NCBI GenBank assembly: GCA_965223005.1
Contig: CBDCVK010000002.1
Span: forward strand, 192,001 to 256,000
Reading direction: 5' to 3'
From: Terriglobia bacterium
GTDB lineage: Bacteria; Acidobacteriota; Terriglobia; JAJPHL01; JAPKYU01
DNA length: 64,000 nt
Under the pieces are notes generated by a model that searched no databases, was not told where the DNA came from, and saw only the letters and a program-made list of their open reading frames with translations. The position numbers were made by a program, and so were the translations under genes. This document shows, piece by piece, positions 23,318 through 33,841 of this stretch (position 1 is its first letter; each line of letters starts with the position of its first letter).

Positions 23318-24133
23318 TCGCGCCTGTCCCGGACGCGAGGTCTATGGCTGACGGAAGGGCGGCCTCGGCATGGAGACCCGCCTCTGGCTAGGCGTTCTGC
23401 CCGCCAAGTTCCTGTTTGCTCTGCTTGTCCGTGAGTGCGGGCCGCGGGAGGCCACGGGAGACCATCAGCGGCCCACCACTATCGTGGTCCCGCGCTGAAG
23501 TTCGACTTCCGGTAGCGTTGCATGTACTCGCGCCTGTGTTCCCGCCACTCTGCGCTTGACCTGTAGTGCGCCTGCTGGCAAGTGGGGGCCAGTCCCAATT
23601 GACCCACGACCGGTTTTCCCCAATGTGTTCGTTGCAACCGATCCCGTCGACATTCGGTAACGACCACCCCGAAAAGCCGTGAACGGCTCTAGTGGAATCA
23701 ACGACTTAGAGGCTCCCGCCACAACACTTTACCACATAACCCATAACAGGATCGCCGCAACGCAACTTCCGCAGCCCAAAAGACTTACTTCCTAAGCAGG
23801 CACCCGCCGTGGCGTCCACCGATTAATCTCATAAGAGTCGAAGTCCGATTTCGCGATTCCCCGTCGGCTGTTACCATCACACGACCGTCCTGTGCCCTGA
23901 GACGGAAGCCTCATACACCACATCTTGCTGGTGCGACTAGACTTAGCGGCCTGGGCAGTGGTGTGCCTTGTAGCAAGGAGACGCGCTGGCAGCCTTCCGG
24001 CGTATGAAGTTCGTCTCCAAGGCGCACCTCTGTAACTCGCTGATTCTTATGGCACACAAATTATATTCATAACTGCGAAATTGGGGAAAGTTTGCTGGAT
24101 TTTCCTGTCGGTTCGGGGTGGCAAGCTGGCAAG

Positions 24134-24427
24134 CTACATATCGACACTATCAAAGTAGTGAGAAGTGGGTCCCTCAGCGAGCCATCCCACGAACTTTTCG
24201 ACGTCCCCCTTCTCCGCGCGCCAGGAAACATACTTCTCGTGCTGTTGGCGGGAGTCCCAGTTTCCAAGAACGAACAAGTGGTTGGGATCGTCCTGATCGA
24301 CGTGGACGGTAATTTCATTGCATCCGTCAAAACCGCGTGAGTGGTGGATTTCGTCTCTGAACCAGTTTCTCAGTTCTTCCGCGTTCTCAGGTTTCGCCTT
24401 GACGGACAACGATACGAGCACTGCCAT
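24134..24427 (-). CDS. Antibiotic biosynthesis monooxygenase (ABM) family protein
   Basis: 97 aa; SRGFDGC...DQDDPNHLFVLGNWDSRQQHEKYVSWR. Confidence 0.85.
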   Translation of the reverse strand: MAVLVSLSVKAKPENAEELRNWFRDEIHHSRGFDGCNEITVHVDQDDPNHLFVLGNWDSRQQHEKYVSWRAEKGDVEKFVGWLAEGPTSHYFDSVDM

Positions 24428-24980
24428 GTTTCACCTCTGCTTTCTCTCTGACCGGCGGTCTATTGCGCTCACGTTGTCAGGGAGGAGCCCTCGCCGGTTG
24501 AAGCTCAGCTCGGGAGCTAGGCGGTAAACGTGCCTTTCGGAAGAAGCGGGAGCGGGCAACAAGTAACGCTCTCCCCCCAGAGGCGACTCATTGCTCGCGC
24601 CCGTCTTACCAACGCCGAATTATAAGGTCACCCATGGCAACAGGCAAGTGCACCACCACCCAAGTCCGGTTCACCTTGGCTCACCCGAGTAGGTCGCTTG
24701 GCCTTTAGGGAAAACGGGTGAGGTCCTCTCTGGTGCGCCGATCCTGGGCGCGCCGATCCCAGCCCAGGAACCTACGCCGGTCAAGCAATTGCAATGCGAT
24801 TTGAAATCCCTCGGGTTGGTGGACTCGTCCTATGACCACGAACAGGGCGAGACCGTCCAATGGCTCACGCGGCAGGCGAAGCGGCTGCTACGCGAGGCCG
24901 GTGTCCGCACCAGGAGGGGACGGCTCGTGAGGCGGGATTTGCCAGTTTGGCACAGGTGAACCCTCTGGTTACCCGGCGGC

Positions 24981-25610
24981 TCACCTGCCGATCCTCTCAA
25001 TCTTGCCGTCCGTACGAAGTAAGAACGAGTACGGTGTGGCCCACTGCCCTTTGCGATGGACAAGTACGGTTTCTACTTGGATGCTCTTGTTCCTCCGGAG
25101 GAGTCTGAAGGGGTCCCCTCGGCAGACATCCTCGGGTAGGACACCGCCGACCCCGACGAGCTGCTCATCCTCGGGCAGCGTAGCCCGCAAACAGTGATGG
25201 TCACTGTTGACTAGGTGAGCGGCCAGGAAGAAGGATGCGTAATCGTCCAACTGATCATCGCTTAAGGCTACCCCTTCGGCCTGGGCAATCGTGTTGAAGT
25301 CTTTGAGGATCCGGGCTTCCGATATTCGTACTGCCCCGTAAGTGAGAAAATATGCCTTGCCAAGGGCATTCACCGCAACAGTAGGTCGGTGGTACCAGCG
25401 CTCGTCCCCCGCAGAACTGAGCTTCACGAGGACATAATTTGGCCAAAAGGGTTGCTCCACCACTGTCCATGATGCACCAGGGGTGGGAAATGCTTTTTGT
25501 GCAGCCTTTATGGCATCGGCCAAAGAAGGTGCTCGGACGGCTGCGTTCTGGGCGGTGGACAGTGCACTGCAAAGCAGAATCGTTAGGACAAGCCTGACCT
25601 TCTCAGTCAT
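24981..25610 (-). CDS. Hypothetical secreted protein
   Basis: Signal-peptide-like N-terminus, 209 aa; no family recognised. Confidence 0.6.
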   Translation of the reverse strand: MTEKVRLVLTILLCSALSTAQNAAVRAPSLADAIKAAQKAFPTPGASWTVVEQPFWPNYVLVKLSSAGDERWYHRPTVAVNALGKAYFLTYGAVRISEARILKDFNTIAQAEGVALSDDQLDDYASFFLAAHLVNSDHHCLRATLPEDEQLVGVGGVLPEDVCRGDPFRLLRRNKSIQVETVLVHRKGQWATPYSFLLRTDGKIERIGR

Positions 25611-25694
25611 GTTTCAACGTCTTTCTTCCGGTCCATTCCTGCTTCGCATTGATGAGGTCGGCTCTCCAAGCGCCAGTTAGGTGGCAAAGCTCCC

Positions 25695-26003
25695 TCAATC
25701 TCCAAAGACCGAGCGGCACGTGATAGTGACGAGCTTGACGGCTTCGTCTCGGATCTTTGCTACTTCTACGAATTCGGGGTCGTTCTCAAACGCCGCCTTC
25801 GCCTCAGGGCTCTTGAACCAGCTGACGACAATCTGATCCGGTCGAGCGAGCCCATCGCCATCCATGTCTTCTGTCATGAGCCACCGCTCGATGTGTACAC
25901 CGTGCTTCGCCAGAATCGGCTTGGTACGCTCTTGATACTCTGCGAAACGCTCAGGATCACGGACCCAAAGAAGCCGCACTGCATAGAATCTAGCTTCACT
26001 CAT
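25695..26003 (-). CDS. DUF1330 family protein in an integron-type cassette
   Basis: DPERFAEYQERTKPILAKHG...FKSPEAKAAFENDPEF; flanked by GTTAGGTGGCA/TGCCACCTAAC. Confidence 0.8.
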   Translation of the reverse strand: MSEARFYAVRLLWVRDPERFAEYQERTKPILAKHGVHIERWLMTEDMDGDGLARPDQIVVSWFKSPEAKAAFENDPEFVEVAKIRDEAVKLVTITCRSVFGD

Positions 26004-26163
26004 TCAGTCACTCCCCTTCTGATGCCACCTAACTTATGTTGCGGTAGCTCAATTAGACCGCTGCACAACGTACGGGTCAAGGCCGCAGCACCTCGCCCAG
26101 CCCTACGCGCCTTGGGTGCTGGGGAGATACGGCCTTGCGCGCTTCCCCGAAGGCGGTCTAAGG

Positions 26164-26190
26164 CACTTGTCCGGTTAGCGCGTTATAGTG
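26164..26190 (+). repeat. Dyad recombination-like site S1 (right half, 7-bp deletion)
   Basis: CACTTGTCCGGTTAGCGCGTTATA-GTG. Confidence 0.8.
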
Positions 26191-26270
26191 CGCTGCGTGG
26201 CAGCATCGGTAAACACTACTAGTGGGGGTAAGCGTCTTATACTCAGGGACTTGGACCGACGCGAAGCGGC

Positions 26271-26432
26271 CTATTGCACGGCGATGGTGACCGTGTTGCT
26301 CGGGACGCCGTTTTGAAGCAGCAGCAACGGCACAGCCGGCCCCGGTTCCACCTCGGCCGGGATTTCTACATTGACTTGGTACAGTCCCACAAACCCTGGC
26401 GCCAGCCCGGCAAAGTGCACCGTCGGCTGCGC
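26271..26432 (-). pseudogene. Orphan TIGR03437-type C-terminal tail
   Basis: QPTVHFAGLAPGFVGLYQVNVEIP...NGVPSNTVTIAVQ* with no credible 5' part. Confidence 0.8.
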
Positions 26433-26538
26433 TACATCAGTGAGCCAGGCTGCAGATTGTCGTACTTGAGCAGTCCTGCACCTCCTGGGCCCGGTTGGCG
26501 CGTTCCTAGAAAAGGTGCGATCTTGCTCGCGGGGACGA

Positions 26539-27084
26539 CTACGGAGACTCGGTGGGGCGGCTCCGGTGGAGCGCCTTCCGCTTCTCCCATTTGCGCTGCT
26601 CCCATGCCACGTAACAAATAGCGCCCCACAAAAACAGGACCCCAATGAACGCGAAGACGCACAGCGACCCGACGGTCCTGGATTGGAACAGAGCTGGGAG
26701 TTCCGCGCACTCAACCGCCCGGACGAGGACCGCGTAGAACAACGCCAAGTAAACACAGCTGGCTGTCGTTGTATACGCCACCAACACGGTCGGGCTCTTT
26801 GTCCACGACGGTCTCAGGATGAGCACCATCCCAAGGAAAGCCACCGCCCCCAGAAGGGTCGCAAGGATCCAGACGACGCTGAGCGCCGTATTGTCATATC
26901 GAGGCCCGGTGTAGTTGTGGGAATCCAGGATGGCCGTCCAGATTCCCACCGCGTGGAGCAAGGTCGAAAGCAGCAGCATCGCTGCGCCGAACGCCAGCTT
27001 CCGTTTCAAGCTCCAGTCGGGCGGAGGGCCTAGCGGAGGCCCGTCTCCGGCTAGGTTGCCCGCGGCCTCGGCATCCGTGATCAT
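26539..27084 (-). CDS. Hypothetical membrane protein (about 4 TM helices)
   Basis: Four hydrophobic segments in 181 aa. Confidence 0.55.
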   Translation of the reverse strand: MITDAEAAGNLAGDGPPLGPPPDWSLKRKLAFGAAMLLLSTLLHAVGIWTAILDSHNYTGPRYDNTALSVVWILATLLGAVAFLGMVLILRPSWTKSPTVLVAYTTTASCVYLALFYAVLVRAVECAELPALFQSRTVGSLCVFAFIGVLFLWGAICYVAWEQRKWEKRKALHRSRPTESP

Positions 27085-27340
27085 GGGCGGATTCCAACGC
27101 GTCGGCGGATCTGATCCCGCAGCGCCGTCAACTCAGGCTCGCGCATCCCGGCTCTCAGCTTCAGGCTGACGCCGTCGCCTGCGATCTCGGCCACCGCTTT
27201 CCCCTGGCACAGCAGAACCTCAGCCCCCGGAGTTTGTGGATGATCTGCTTTACGGAATTCTTCTTCCTGGGCACTCTGACCTCCTCCGCAACGGCCCAAC
27301 TCTAACATTCCAACTGGACCGATTTTAGGAGGTCAGATCA

Positions 27341-27817
27341 CTATCGGGCGACCACACGAAACACAACCAGGCCCGGCGCCGTGCCGTACAGGGCGTTGCC
27401 CTCACGGCTCCACTGTAAGTCTTCTCTTGAGGCTTCGAGCTGGGTGAGAAAGCCCTCTAGAGCTGGGTTCTGATCGGGACCGGGGCCGCGGGCACCCCCT
27501 GCGCCTGTCGTCCATGCCGACTCTTGGCCCGGTGGAACACGGACAAAGCCGACAACCTCCCATTCAGACGGACCAGGCACAAGTCCTCGGGAGTTATCGT
27601 GAAACCAGCCTTCGTATTCAATCTCCGAGGGTTCGGCGCGCAGAGGAATGAATCTCGAGAGTTGAACTTTTTGTTCCGTAAGGGATTTACCTTCCGAACT
27701 GAGCCTTTCAGGCGCACGTCCGGGCGGGCCGCCGCAACTCGAGAGAAACGCAATCGATGCCGTGGCAAGTGCAAGAGAAGACCAAGCTATCCGGGAGACT
27801 TCTTTGCAAGCTGTCAT
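27341..27817 (-). CDS. Hypothetical lipoprotein
   Basis: Hydrophobic leader ending FLSSC-GG (lipobox-like). Start uncertain. Confidence 0.5.
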   Translation of the reverse strand: MTACKEVSRIAWSSLALATASIAFLSSCGGPPGRAPERLSSEGKSLTEQKVQLSRFIPLRAEPSEIEYEGWFHDNSRGLVPGPSEWEVVGFVRVPPGQESAWTTGAGGARGPGPDQNPALEGFLTQLEASREDLQWSREGNALYGTAPGLVVFRVVAR

Positions 27818-28003
27818 CCTTACTCTTGCACTTCTGCGTTCTCGTTCGGCTGAGCACCCACAGCAAACCACGGTTCGGATTGGTTAGTTTGGCTCACTGC
27901 GACCCAATTGTTGTGGAACATACAATAGAACATCCCGCACGCGCGCGAAAGCCTTTGGAGACACCATCGTGTAGGCAACTACAATAGAATAGCGACCGCG
28001 CTC

Positions 28004-28865
28004 ATGAGTGATCGGAGCCTAGAGTTCAAGCAAGGCATGGGCTGTGTAGCCCTGTTGTTGCTCGGTCTTCCTTCTACCGGGATTGGCATAGGTTCTCTCT
28101 TGTCGCTCTTTTCGGCATACCAGCGCAAGCACCACGGTGATTTCGTGAGCACTGGGTTCACCATTCTGTTCGGGTTTCTCTTTCTTGCAATCGGGCTGTA
28201 CATCACTTTCCGGCGAGCTGGGGTGAGGGTCGATGGCGAACGCCGGAGTTTTGAAGACTGGGACGGCTTTCTATGGCTGCGGCGGTCAGAATGTCACCCG
28301 TTTTCGGACTTTGACGCCATGGTTGTGCGAGGCCGCAAGGGCAAAAAGACTTTTCTCGTCAAGGCCGAAGGCATCCAAAAGGATCTTCTTTTGACCACAG
28401 CCAAGGATCATGCAAAGGCTGTCGATCTCGCCGCTCGGGTCTCGCTCCTGACAGGTTTGGGGATGAAAGATGCCAGCCTCATGGAACCTTCTCTCGCGGC
28501 TGAACCCGCGCCTCCGGCGGGGGCCGAAAGAAGTGCTCGCCGGAGCGAACCAGCGGCAAGCCCGGGGGGAATACAGGATATTTCTTCGGAATCACAATTT
28601 GTACTAGTGCTGATGGAGGTGCCCGATGGAGGTGCCCCGGAACAAGATTTCCGTTATCAAGGCGGTTCGCGAGATCGCAGGCCTGGACCTCAGGGAACAA
28701 GAAGCAAGGCGGTTCGGAACTGCAGGTGGAGAGGAAGCAAAGGAACTGGTGGAGAGCCCAGTGAAGGCGGTGTCATCGCGAGAAGAGGCGGAGCGCCTGC
28801 AAAGAAAGCTCAGCGAGGCCGGTGCGAGTGTCGAACTGAAACTGCGGCGGCTCTCTTCTTCGTGA
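28004..28865 (+). pseudogene. Membrane protein fused to a ribosomal L7/L12 C-terminal-like domain, disrupted by a 13-bp duplication
   Basis: Two TM helices. Removing one GATGGAGGTGCCC copy (28612-28637) gives [29 protein letters not shown]...EAKELVES...[11 protein letters not shown]. Confidence 0.75.
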
Positions 28866-28885
28866 AGGCTTTGGGGGTGAGATGG

Positions 28886-29158
28886 TCAAAGCCCTCGAAG
28901 CACGTATTGAACATCTCGGTTCTGGCTTAGAAGGCCCATCAATAGGATCATAAACAGCCCCAGGCCGAAGATGATCAGTCCGTGTCGCCTGGAGGCCTTA
29001 TTGTACTTGCGCTGCTTTACCCCCTCGATCCGGGTCTTGCCCAGCCAAATGGACGCCCCGATCACAATCCCGAGGACGCCCCCCAGAAGGGAAAGGAAGT
29101 AACCCGCTATCAATAGTCCTTTTCCGACTGATTGGCTCTGCTGTAGTTGGGAATTCAT
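28886..29158 (-). CDS. Small two-TM membrane protein
   Basis: GYFLSLLGGVLGIVIG...KYNKASRRHG; RBS AGGAGA. Confidence 0.65.
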   Translation of the reverse strand: MNSQLQQSQSVGKGLLIAGYFLSLLGGVLGIVIGASIWLGKTRIEGVKQRKYNKASRRHGLIIFGLGLFMILLMGLLSQNRDVQYVLRGL

Positions 29159-29298
29159 TGCTCAGTCTCCTAACGAATTTCAGCAGCCGGTTGCCTTCGA
29201 CGGATCAGACTCTAACAAAAAGAGGCCTTTGTGAACAGATTTCCTGGGCGGGACTCAGCACCCCTCTGCGGTTGTGGTAGAGTCCAACGGTTCGGGGC

Positions 29299-30081
29299 AT
29301 GATGAAACTGCTCGCGGTTGTCTCGGCAACGGTCATAGCAGCGCTGGGGGCCATTGCGCTTCCACCCTCCGAGGTTCCCACGGCCAAAGTGAACTCGGAA
29401 GACGGGCTCAAATACGTCTGGATTCCGCCCGGCAAATTCATGATGGGGTGCTCGGAGGGAGATAGGGGGTGCCTTCCTGATGAAAATCCAGCTCATGAAG
29501 TAACAATCAGCAAGGGCTTCTGGATGGGACAGACCGAAGTCACTGTGGGCGCGTACAAGCGATTTGCGAATGCCACGGAAAGAACGATGCCCAACGCCAC
29601 GGGTTGGAATCCCGATTGGCGCAACGAGCAAATGCCGATGACCAAGGCCACGTGGGGGGACGCGGACGCTTACTGCCGCTGGGCCGGCGGGCGATTGCCG
29701 ACCGAAGCAGAATGGGAATACGCGGCGCGCGCCGGGAGCACCGTAGCCGTCTACGGTCCCCTGGACGAGATCGCCTGGACCTGGGCCAAAGGCCGCCGTG
29801 GTCCAAGCGAAGTAGCAATGAAGCGACCGAACGATTTTGGGTTGTTCGACACGCTGGGAAACGAGTATGAGTGGGTGAATGACTGGTATGAGGAGGATTA
29901 CTTCTCCGATAGCCCCGCAACGGACCCGAGGGGCCCGCCGAGCGGAGTAACGCGAGTCGTGCGAGGTGGGGAGTGGGCCGGCATCGGGAAGTTCGCGCGA
30001 GTTTCTGCCCGCCGCAGCTGGTTTCCAGACAGCTCCGAATTCGGCGGCGGCTTTCGGTGTGCGCTCCAACCAGGTCCCTAG
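29299..30081 (+). CDS. Formylglycine-generating enzyme (SUMF1/FGE-sulfatase) domain protein
   Basis: IPPGKFMMG, DENPAHEV, RLPTEAEWEYAARAG, PNDFGLFDTLGN, VVRGG, GFRC. Confidence 0.93.
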   Translation: MMKLLAVVSATVIAALGAIALPPSEVPTAKVNSEDGLKYVWIPPGKFMMGCSEGDRGCLPDENPAHEVTISKGFWMGQTEVTVGAYKRFANATERTMPNATGWNPDWRNEQMPMTKATWGDADAYCRWAGGRLPTEAEWEYAARAGSTVAVYGPLDEIAWTWAKGRRGPSEVAMKRPNDFGLFDTLGNEYEWVNDWYEEDYFSDSPATDPRGPPSGVTRVVRGGEWAGIGKFARVSARRSWFPDSSEFGGGFRCALQPGP

Positions 30082-30299
30082 GGCCTTAAAGTTGACTGTC
30101 GATGATCTCATTCCGGTCCGGATCGACGACGAAGATCCCATCATTGGATTTCCCAAAGATCTTGTGAAATGGCTCTTGGCTTCTGCCCGGAGCCTCTCCA
30201 GTCCGTTCGCGCTGTTTCTTTAACGATTCGAGCGCGGATACTCTCTCGCGACGCCGGATAGGTCCCCACTAACGGGCTAGCGCTTATCAATCCCGGTTT

Positions 30300-30403
30300 C
30301 ACATGGCCGTATAGTCGGCTTACCGGACAAGTGCCTACCTTGAGGCAGCGTCACTGCGCGGTACGAGGGCACTTGTCCGGTTAGCGCGTTATACGTCCAA
30401 GTG
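30300..30403 (+). repeat. Paired dyad site S2 (104-bp imperfect palindrome)
   Basis: CACATGGCCGTATAGTCGGCTTACCGGACAAGTG-36 bp-CACTTGTCCGGTTAGCGCGTTATACGTCCAAGTG. Confidence 0.9.
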
Positions 30404-30698
30404 GCGCACCGCTGAGCGGGTGGGGGTATGAGCATTTCCGAGTACGCCGGAGACGACGGGATTTCAGGACCTGGCGAGGACCGCTCGGAGCCCCCAGAGA
30501 GAAGAACTGTGCTGGAAGGACTCAGTTGGAGGCCGATGGTTGTATATTTACGAGTGCCGGAGGGCCAAAAAACTAATTCCGGTTAAAATAACCCATTGGC
30601 GAGGAGACCTCCCGAGTGGGTGATCGCACGGGACGTCACACGAGCTATCCATCCGGGGCAACCGTTGACCGTACGCTCCCCCTTAAAGACATAACTTT

Positions 30699-31907
30699 AT
30701 GATTTCAAAGGCTGAATTCAGATTATCCAAGCTCCTCCTGCTTACGGTTGGCCATTTTACGGTGGACTTCTATGGCGGGTTTATTCCCGTGCTGGTGCCG
30801 GTGTTGCAGCGGGCCTTGGGTTTTACGCTTACCGAGGCGGCCATCCTGGTTTCGGCCTTTTCGCTTTCGGTCACATTCTCCCAGGCACTTTTTGGGGTGT
30901 TGTTCGACCGCTGGCGCAGTGTGCGCCTGGTGGCCTTCGCTCCCATGCTCGCCGCAGTCACACTGAGTTGTATCGGGATCATGCCTTCCTACATCAGTCT
31001 GATTTTCCTGGTCATCGCCGGCGGTCTGAGCATTGCCGCATTTCATCCCTACGGCGCATCCCTGGCGGCGATCGAAAGCGGGCCCCGGCACAGTGTCGGA
31101 ATGTCCATCTTCGTCACCGGCGGGGTGATGGGCGTGGCCGTGGGAGCCCTGGTGGCCGCGGCGCTGGTCGACTGGGGAGGATTGTCCGCGACGGTTTATG
31201 CCGTCGTTTTCGGATGTCTGGTTGCCTTCCTGATTCGCCGCAACATCAACGGAAGGCCCGTGCCTCAGGAGGGAAAATCTCAGGGGGCGGGAACCCTGCC
31301 AACGGGCTACGGATTACTGTTTGGCCTGGGAATTCTCTCCATGCTTCGCGCATTTGTAATCCTGGGCTTTCAGACCTTTGTGCCGCTCTACTTGACCGAA
31401 CTCGGCACCCCGCTCCCTACCGTGGGCCTGACCTTCTTTGTGTTCGGGATTGCGGGAGGAATCGGCGGCTTGACGGGCGGTACCTGGGCCGAGCGCATCG
31501 GCGAAAAGGGAGTCCTGTTTGCATCCTTCCTGATTCCCATCCCGCTCTTGCTCGGATATCTCCTTTTGGGGACTTCCGTTGCGGGCATCGCGTGCTTCGG
31601 ACTGGCGGGGTATTCCCTCTTCACCGGAGTGCCCATTCTGATCGCCATCAGCCAGCGCAGCTTTCCCCGGCGAGTGGGGACGATTTCGAGCTTCGTGATG
31701 GGCGTGAGCTGGGGGATGGCGGCAATCGGCATTACCCCGGCGGGAATGTTCGCCGAAAGATTCGGGCTTTACTCGACCCTTTGGGTTCTGGGGCTGACCG
31801 GTTTCGTGGGATTCCCGGTGGCGGTCTTGCTGTTTCGCAGGCAACCCGTGCCGGCGATTCCCCCCGCCCAGAACGAGGTCAAGGAAATCGACTGGGAAGC
31901 GACCTGA
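30699..31907 (+). CDS. MFS transporter (Fsr-like)
   Basis: About 12 TM helices; HFTVDFY, AAFHP, MSIFVTGG. Confidence 0.9.
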   Translation: MISKAEFRLSKLLLLTVGHFTVDFYGGFIPVLVPVLQRALGFTLTEAAILVSAFSLSVTFSQALFGVLFDRWRSVRLVAFAPMLAAVTLSCIGIMPSYISLIFLVIAGGLSIAAFHPYGASLAAIESGPRHSVGMSIFVTGGVMGVAVGALVAAALVDWGGLSATVYAVVFGCLVAFLIRRNINGRPVPQEGKSQGAGTLPTGYGLLFGLGILSMLRAFVILGFQTFVPLYLTELGTPLPTVGLTFFVFGIAGGIGGLTGGTWAERIGEKGVLFASFLIPIPLLLGYLLLGTSVAGIACFGLAGYSLFTGVPILIAISQRSFPRRVGTISSFVMGVSWGMAAIGITPAGMFAERFGLYSTLWVLGLTGFVGFPVAVLLFRRQPVPAIPPAQNEVKEIDWEAT

Positions 31908-32214
31908 TCTTTTCCCTTATTCCGCCAGGTAAATTCTTCTTGAAAGAAAAACCCAGGGCTGCGGATTTCCGATGGAAATCCAACCTTGCCTGGGATTCCC
32001 CATTGAGGTCGACACGAGCACGGGCTGTATCGGTAACCGCGTCTACACAGACCTCGGGGAAGACGAGCTTTACGTAGCGGATCCTGGGAATGACTTGGCC
32101 AGGGTTGCCGATGAGGTCAAAAACGATCGCGGCGGCTAACGCCAAGTTGTCGGAATACCACCGCGAACGGCGGAAGGCGCAGCGCCCTGAGGCTCCTTCT
32201 CTGACGTCGGCGGT

Positions 32215-32309
32215 CACTTGGACGTATAGTCGGCTATCCGGACAAGTGACCCTCTACGCCCGCCAGGGTAGTAAGTCAGTTTCCGATAAACGCGTTATAC
32301 GTCCAAGTG
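32215..32309 (+). repeat. Paired dyad site S3
   Basis: CACTTGGACGTATAGTCGGCTATCCGGACAAGTG...CAGTTTCCGATAAACGCGTTATACGTCCAAGTG. Confidence 0.9.
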
Positions 32310-32440
32310 GGCGGCGTGGCAGCATAGGCAAACAATAACCGACCACTTGACGCTGCTACGGAGCCTGACAGATTGACGAATCAATTCGTTGCCAGGTGCG
32401 GTATCATGGTCCCCATGCAGCCATGTTCACGAGAGGATTC

Positions 32441-33406
32441 ATGAATCGCAGAACTTTTGTGGGTAGCGCGCTGGCGAGCGTCGCCGCCCTCGGGACTTCC
32501 GCTCGGGCGAGCAAGCTCAAAGCGGGCGACATTCCGACCAGGGTCTTCGGCAAAACCGGCGAAAAGCTCACCATCGTCGGCCAGGCCGGCTCCCGTTTCC
32601 CCCTGATCTCGTTCGAGGAGGCCAAGCAAGTTACTCTGCGCGCCTACGAGTTGGGCATCAACTACTTCGATACCGCGCACGGCTATTGGGACGGCCGCTC
32701 GGAAGAAGTTTATGGGGCGGTCATGCCGCCGTTCCGCAAAGAAATCTTCATCACCACGAAGTCAAAAAAGCGCACGCGCAAAGAAGCCGAGGAAGAGCTG
32801 CACCTCTCGCTCAAGCGTCTCAAGACCGACTACGTGGATCTCTGGCAGATTCACTCGGTCAATAGCGACGAAGACTTGCAGAAGATCTTCGCTCCGGGCG
32901 GCGCCATCGAGGCGTTCGAGGAGGCGAAGAAGGCCGGCAAGTGCCGCTTTATCGGATTCACCGGCCACCACGATCCCGATGCGCACCTGGAGATGCTGCG
33001 GAGTTACAAGAACTTCGACACGATCTTGATGCCGCTCCACCCGGCCGACCCCTCGTACCTCAGCTTCGAGACCAAAGTCCTGCCCGAGTCGATCAAGCAG
33101 GGTCTGGGCATCCAGGCAATGAAGTGCACGGCGAATGCCAAGCTGTTGCAGACTATGAGCCTGAACGATTGTCTGGCCTACGTGCTGAGCCTGCCGATCC
33201 ACTGTGCGACTTTGGGCGCGACAACCGTTGGTCAGATCGAAGACGACGTGCGCTTTGCTCAGCGGTTCAAGCCCATCGGCGATACCCAGATGAGCGCGCT
33301 GCGCAAGCGCGCCGAGCCGATCGCCGGCCCGCATCTGGAAACCTGGAAGCGTAATATCAAGACTGCGGACTACCGGCCGCCGCGCCCCGTCTATCAGGGC
33401 GACTAG
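32441..33406 (+). CDS. Aldo/keto reductase with Tat signal peptide
   Basis: MNRRTF twin-arginine leader; GINYFDTAHGY, SLKRLKTDYVDLWQIH, GKCRFIGFTGH. Confidence 0.92.
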   Translation: MNRRTFVGSALASVAALGTSARASKLKAGDIPTRVFGKTGEKLTIVGQAGSRFPLISFEEAKQVTLRAYELGINYFDTAHGYWDGRSEEVYGAVMPPFRKEIFITTKSKKRTRKEAEEELHLSLKRLKTDYVDLWQIHSVNSDEDLQKIFAPGGAIEAFEEAKKAGKCRFIGFTGHHDPDAHLEMLRSYKNFDTILMPLHPADPSYLSFETKVLPESIKQGLGIQAMKCTANAKLLQTMSLNDCLAYVLSLPIHCATLGATTVGQIEDDVRFAQRFKPIGDTQMSALRKRAEPIAGPHLETWKRNIKTADYRPPRPVYQGD

Positions 33407-33677
33407 CGGCAGCTGCGGACCTGCGCGGGCTTGTTTGCGTGGATCGCTTTCGAATTGAGTCAGATCATGAAGCCGCATCCCAAAAGGGTGCGGCTTTTCG
33501 CTTCTGAGGATGAACAGAGAGCAGAAAGATCCGACCAGCAGGAATCAGCCCAGCTAGACAACCTGTTTGATCAGTTGGCTGTGCACCTGAGCCACAGTCG
33601 CGGCCGCCTGGGCGGGCAATTCTGGGAAATGCCGGATAGGTCGCCACTAGCGGGCTAGCGTTTATCAATCCCGGTTT

Positions 33678-33781
33678 CACTTGGACGTATAGTCGGCAAA
33701 TCGGACAAGTGCCTACCTTGGGGCAGCGTCACTGCGTGATACGAGGGCACTTGTCCGGTTAGCGCGTTATACGTCCAAGTG
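33678..33781 (+). repeat. Paired dyad site S4; flanks 33632-33836 nearly duplicate 30254-30458
   Basis: Same architecture and linker as S2. Confidence 0.9.
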
Positions 33782-33841
33782 GCGCACCGCTGAGCGGGTG
33801 GGGGTATGATCATTTCCGAGTGCGCCGTGACACGACCGGAA

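Noticed and set aside
24035-24075. dif-like AT-rich patch
   Set aside because: Too degenerate to call.
24503-24522. attC 3'-half-like GCTCAGC-TCGGGA-GCTAGGC, and GTTAGGA just before the gene at 29158
   Set aside because: The core is mutated or the spacing is off, and no matching R'' or L'' partner was found.
32277-32309. Chromosomal dif site
   Set aside because: It partly resembles dif (TTCCGATAA...TTAT..CAAGT), but arm length and spacing differ and there are many copies. Kept only as a possible Xer relationship.
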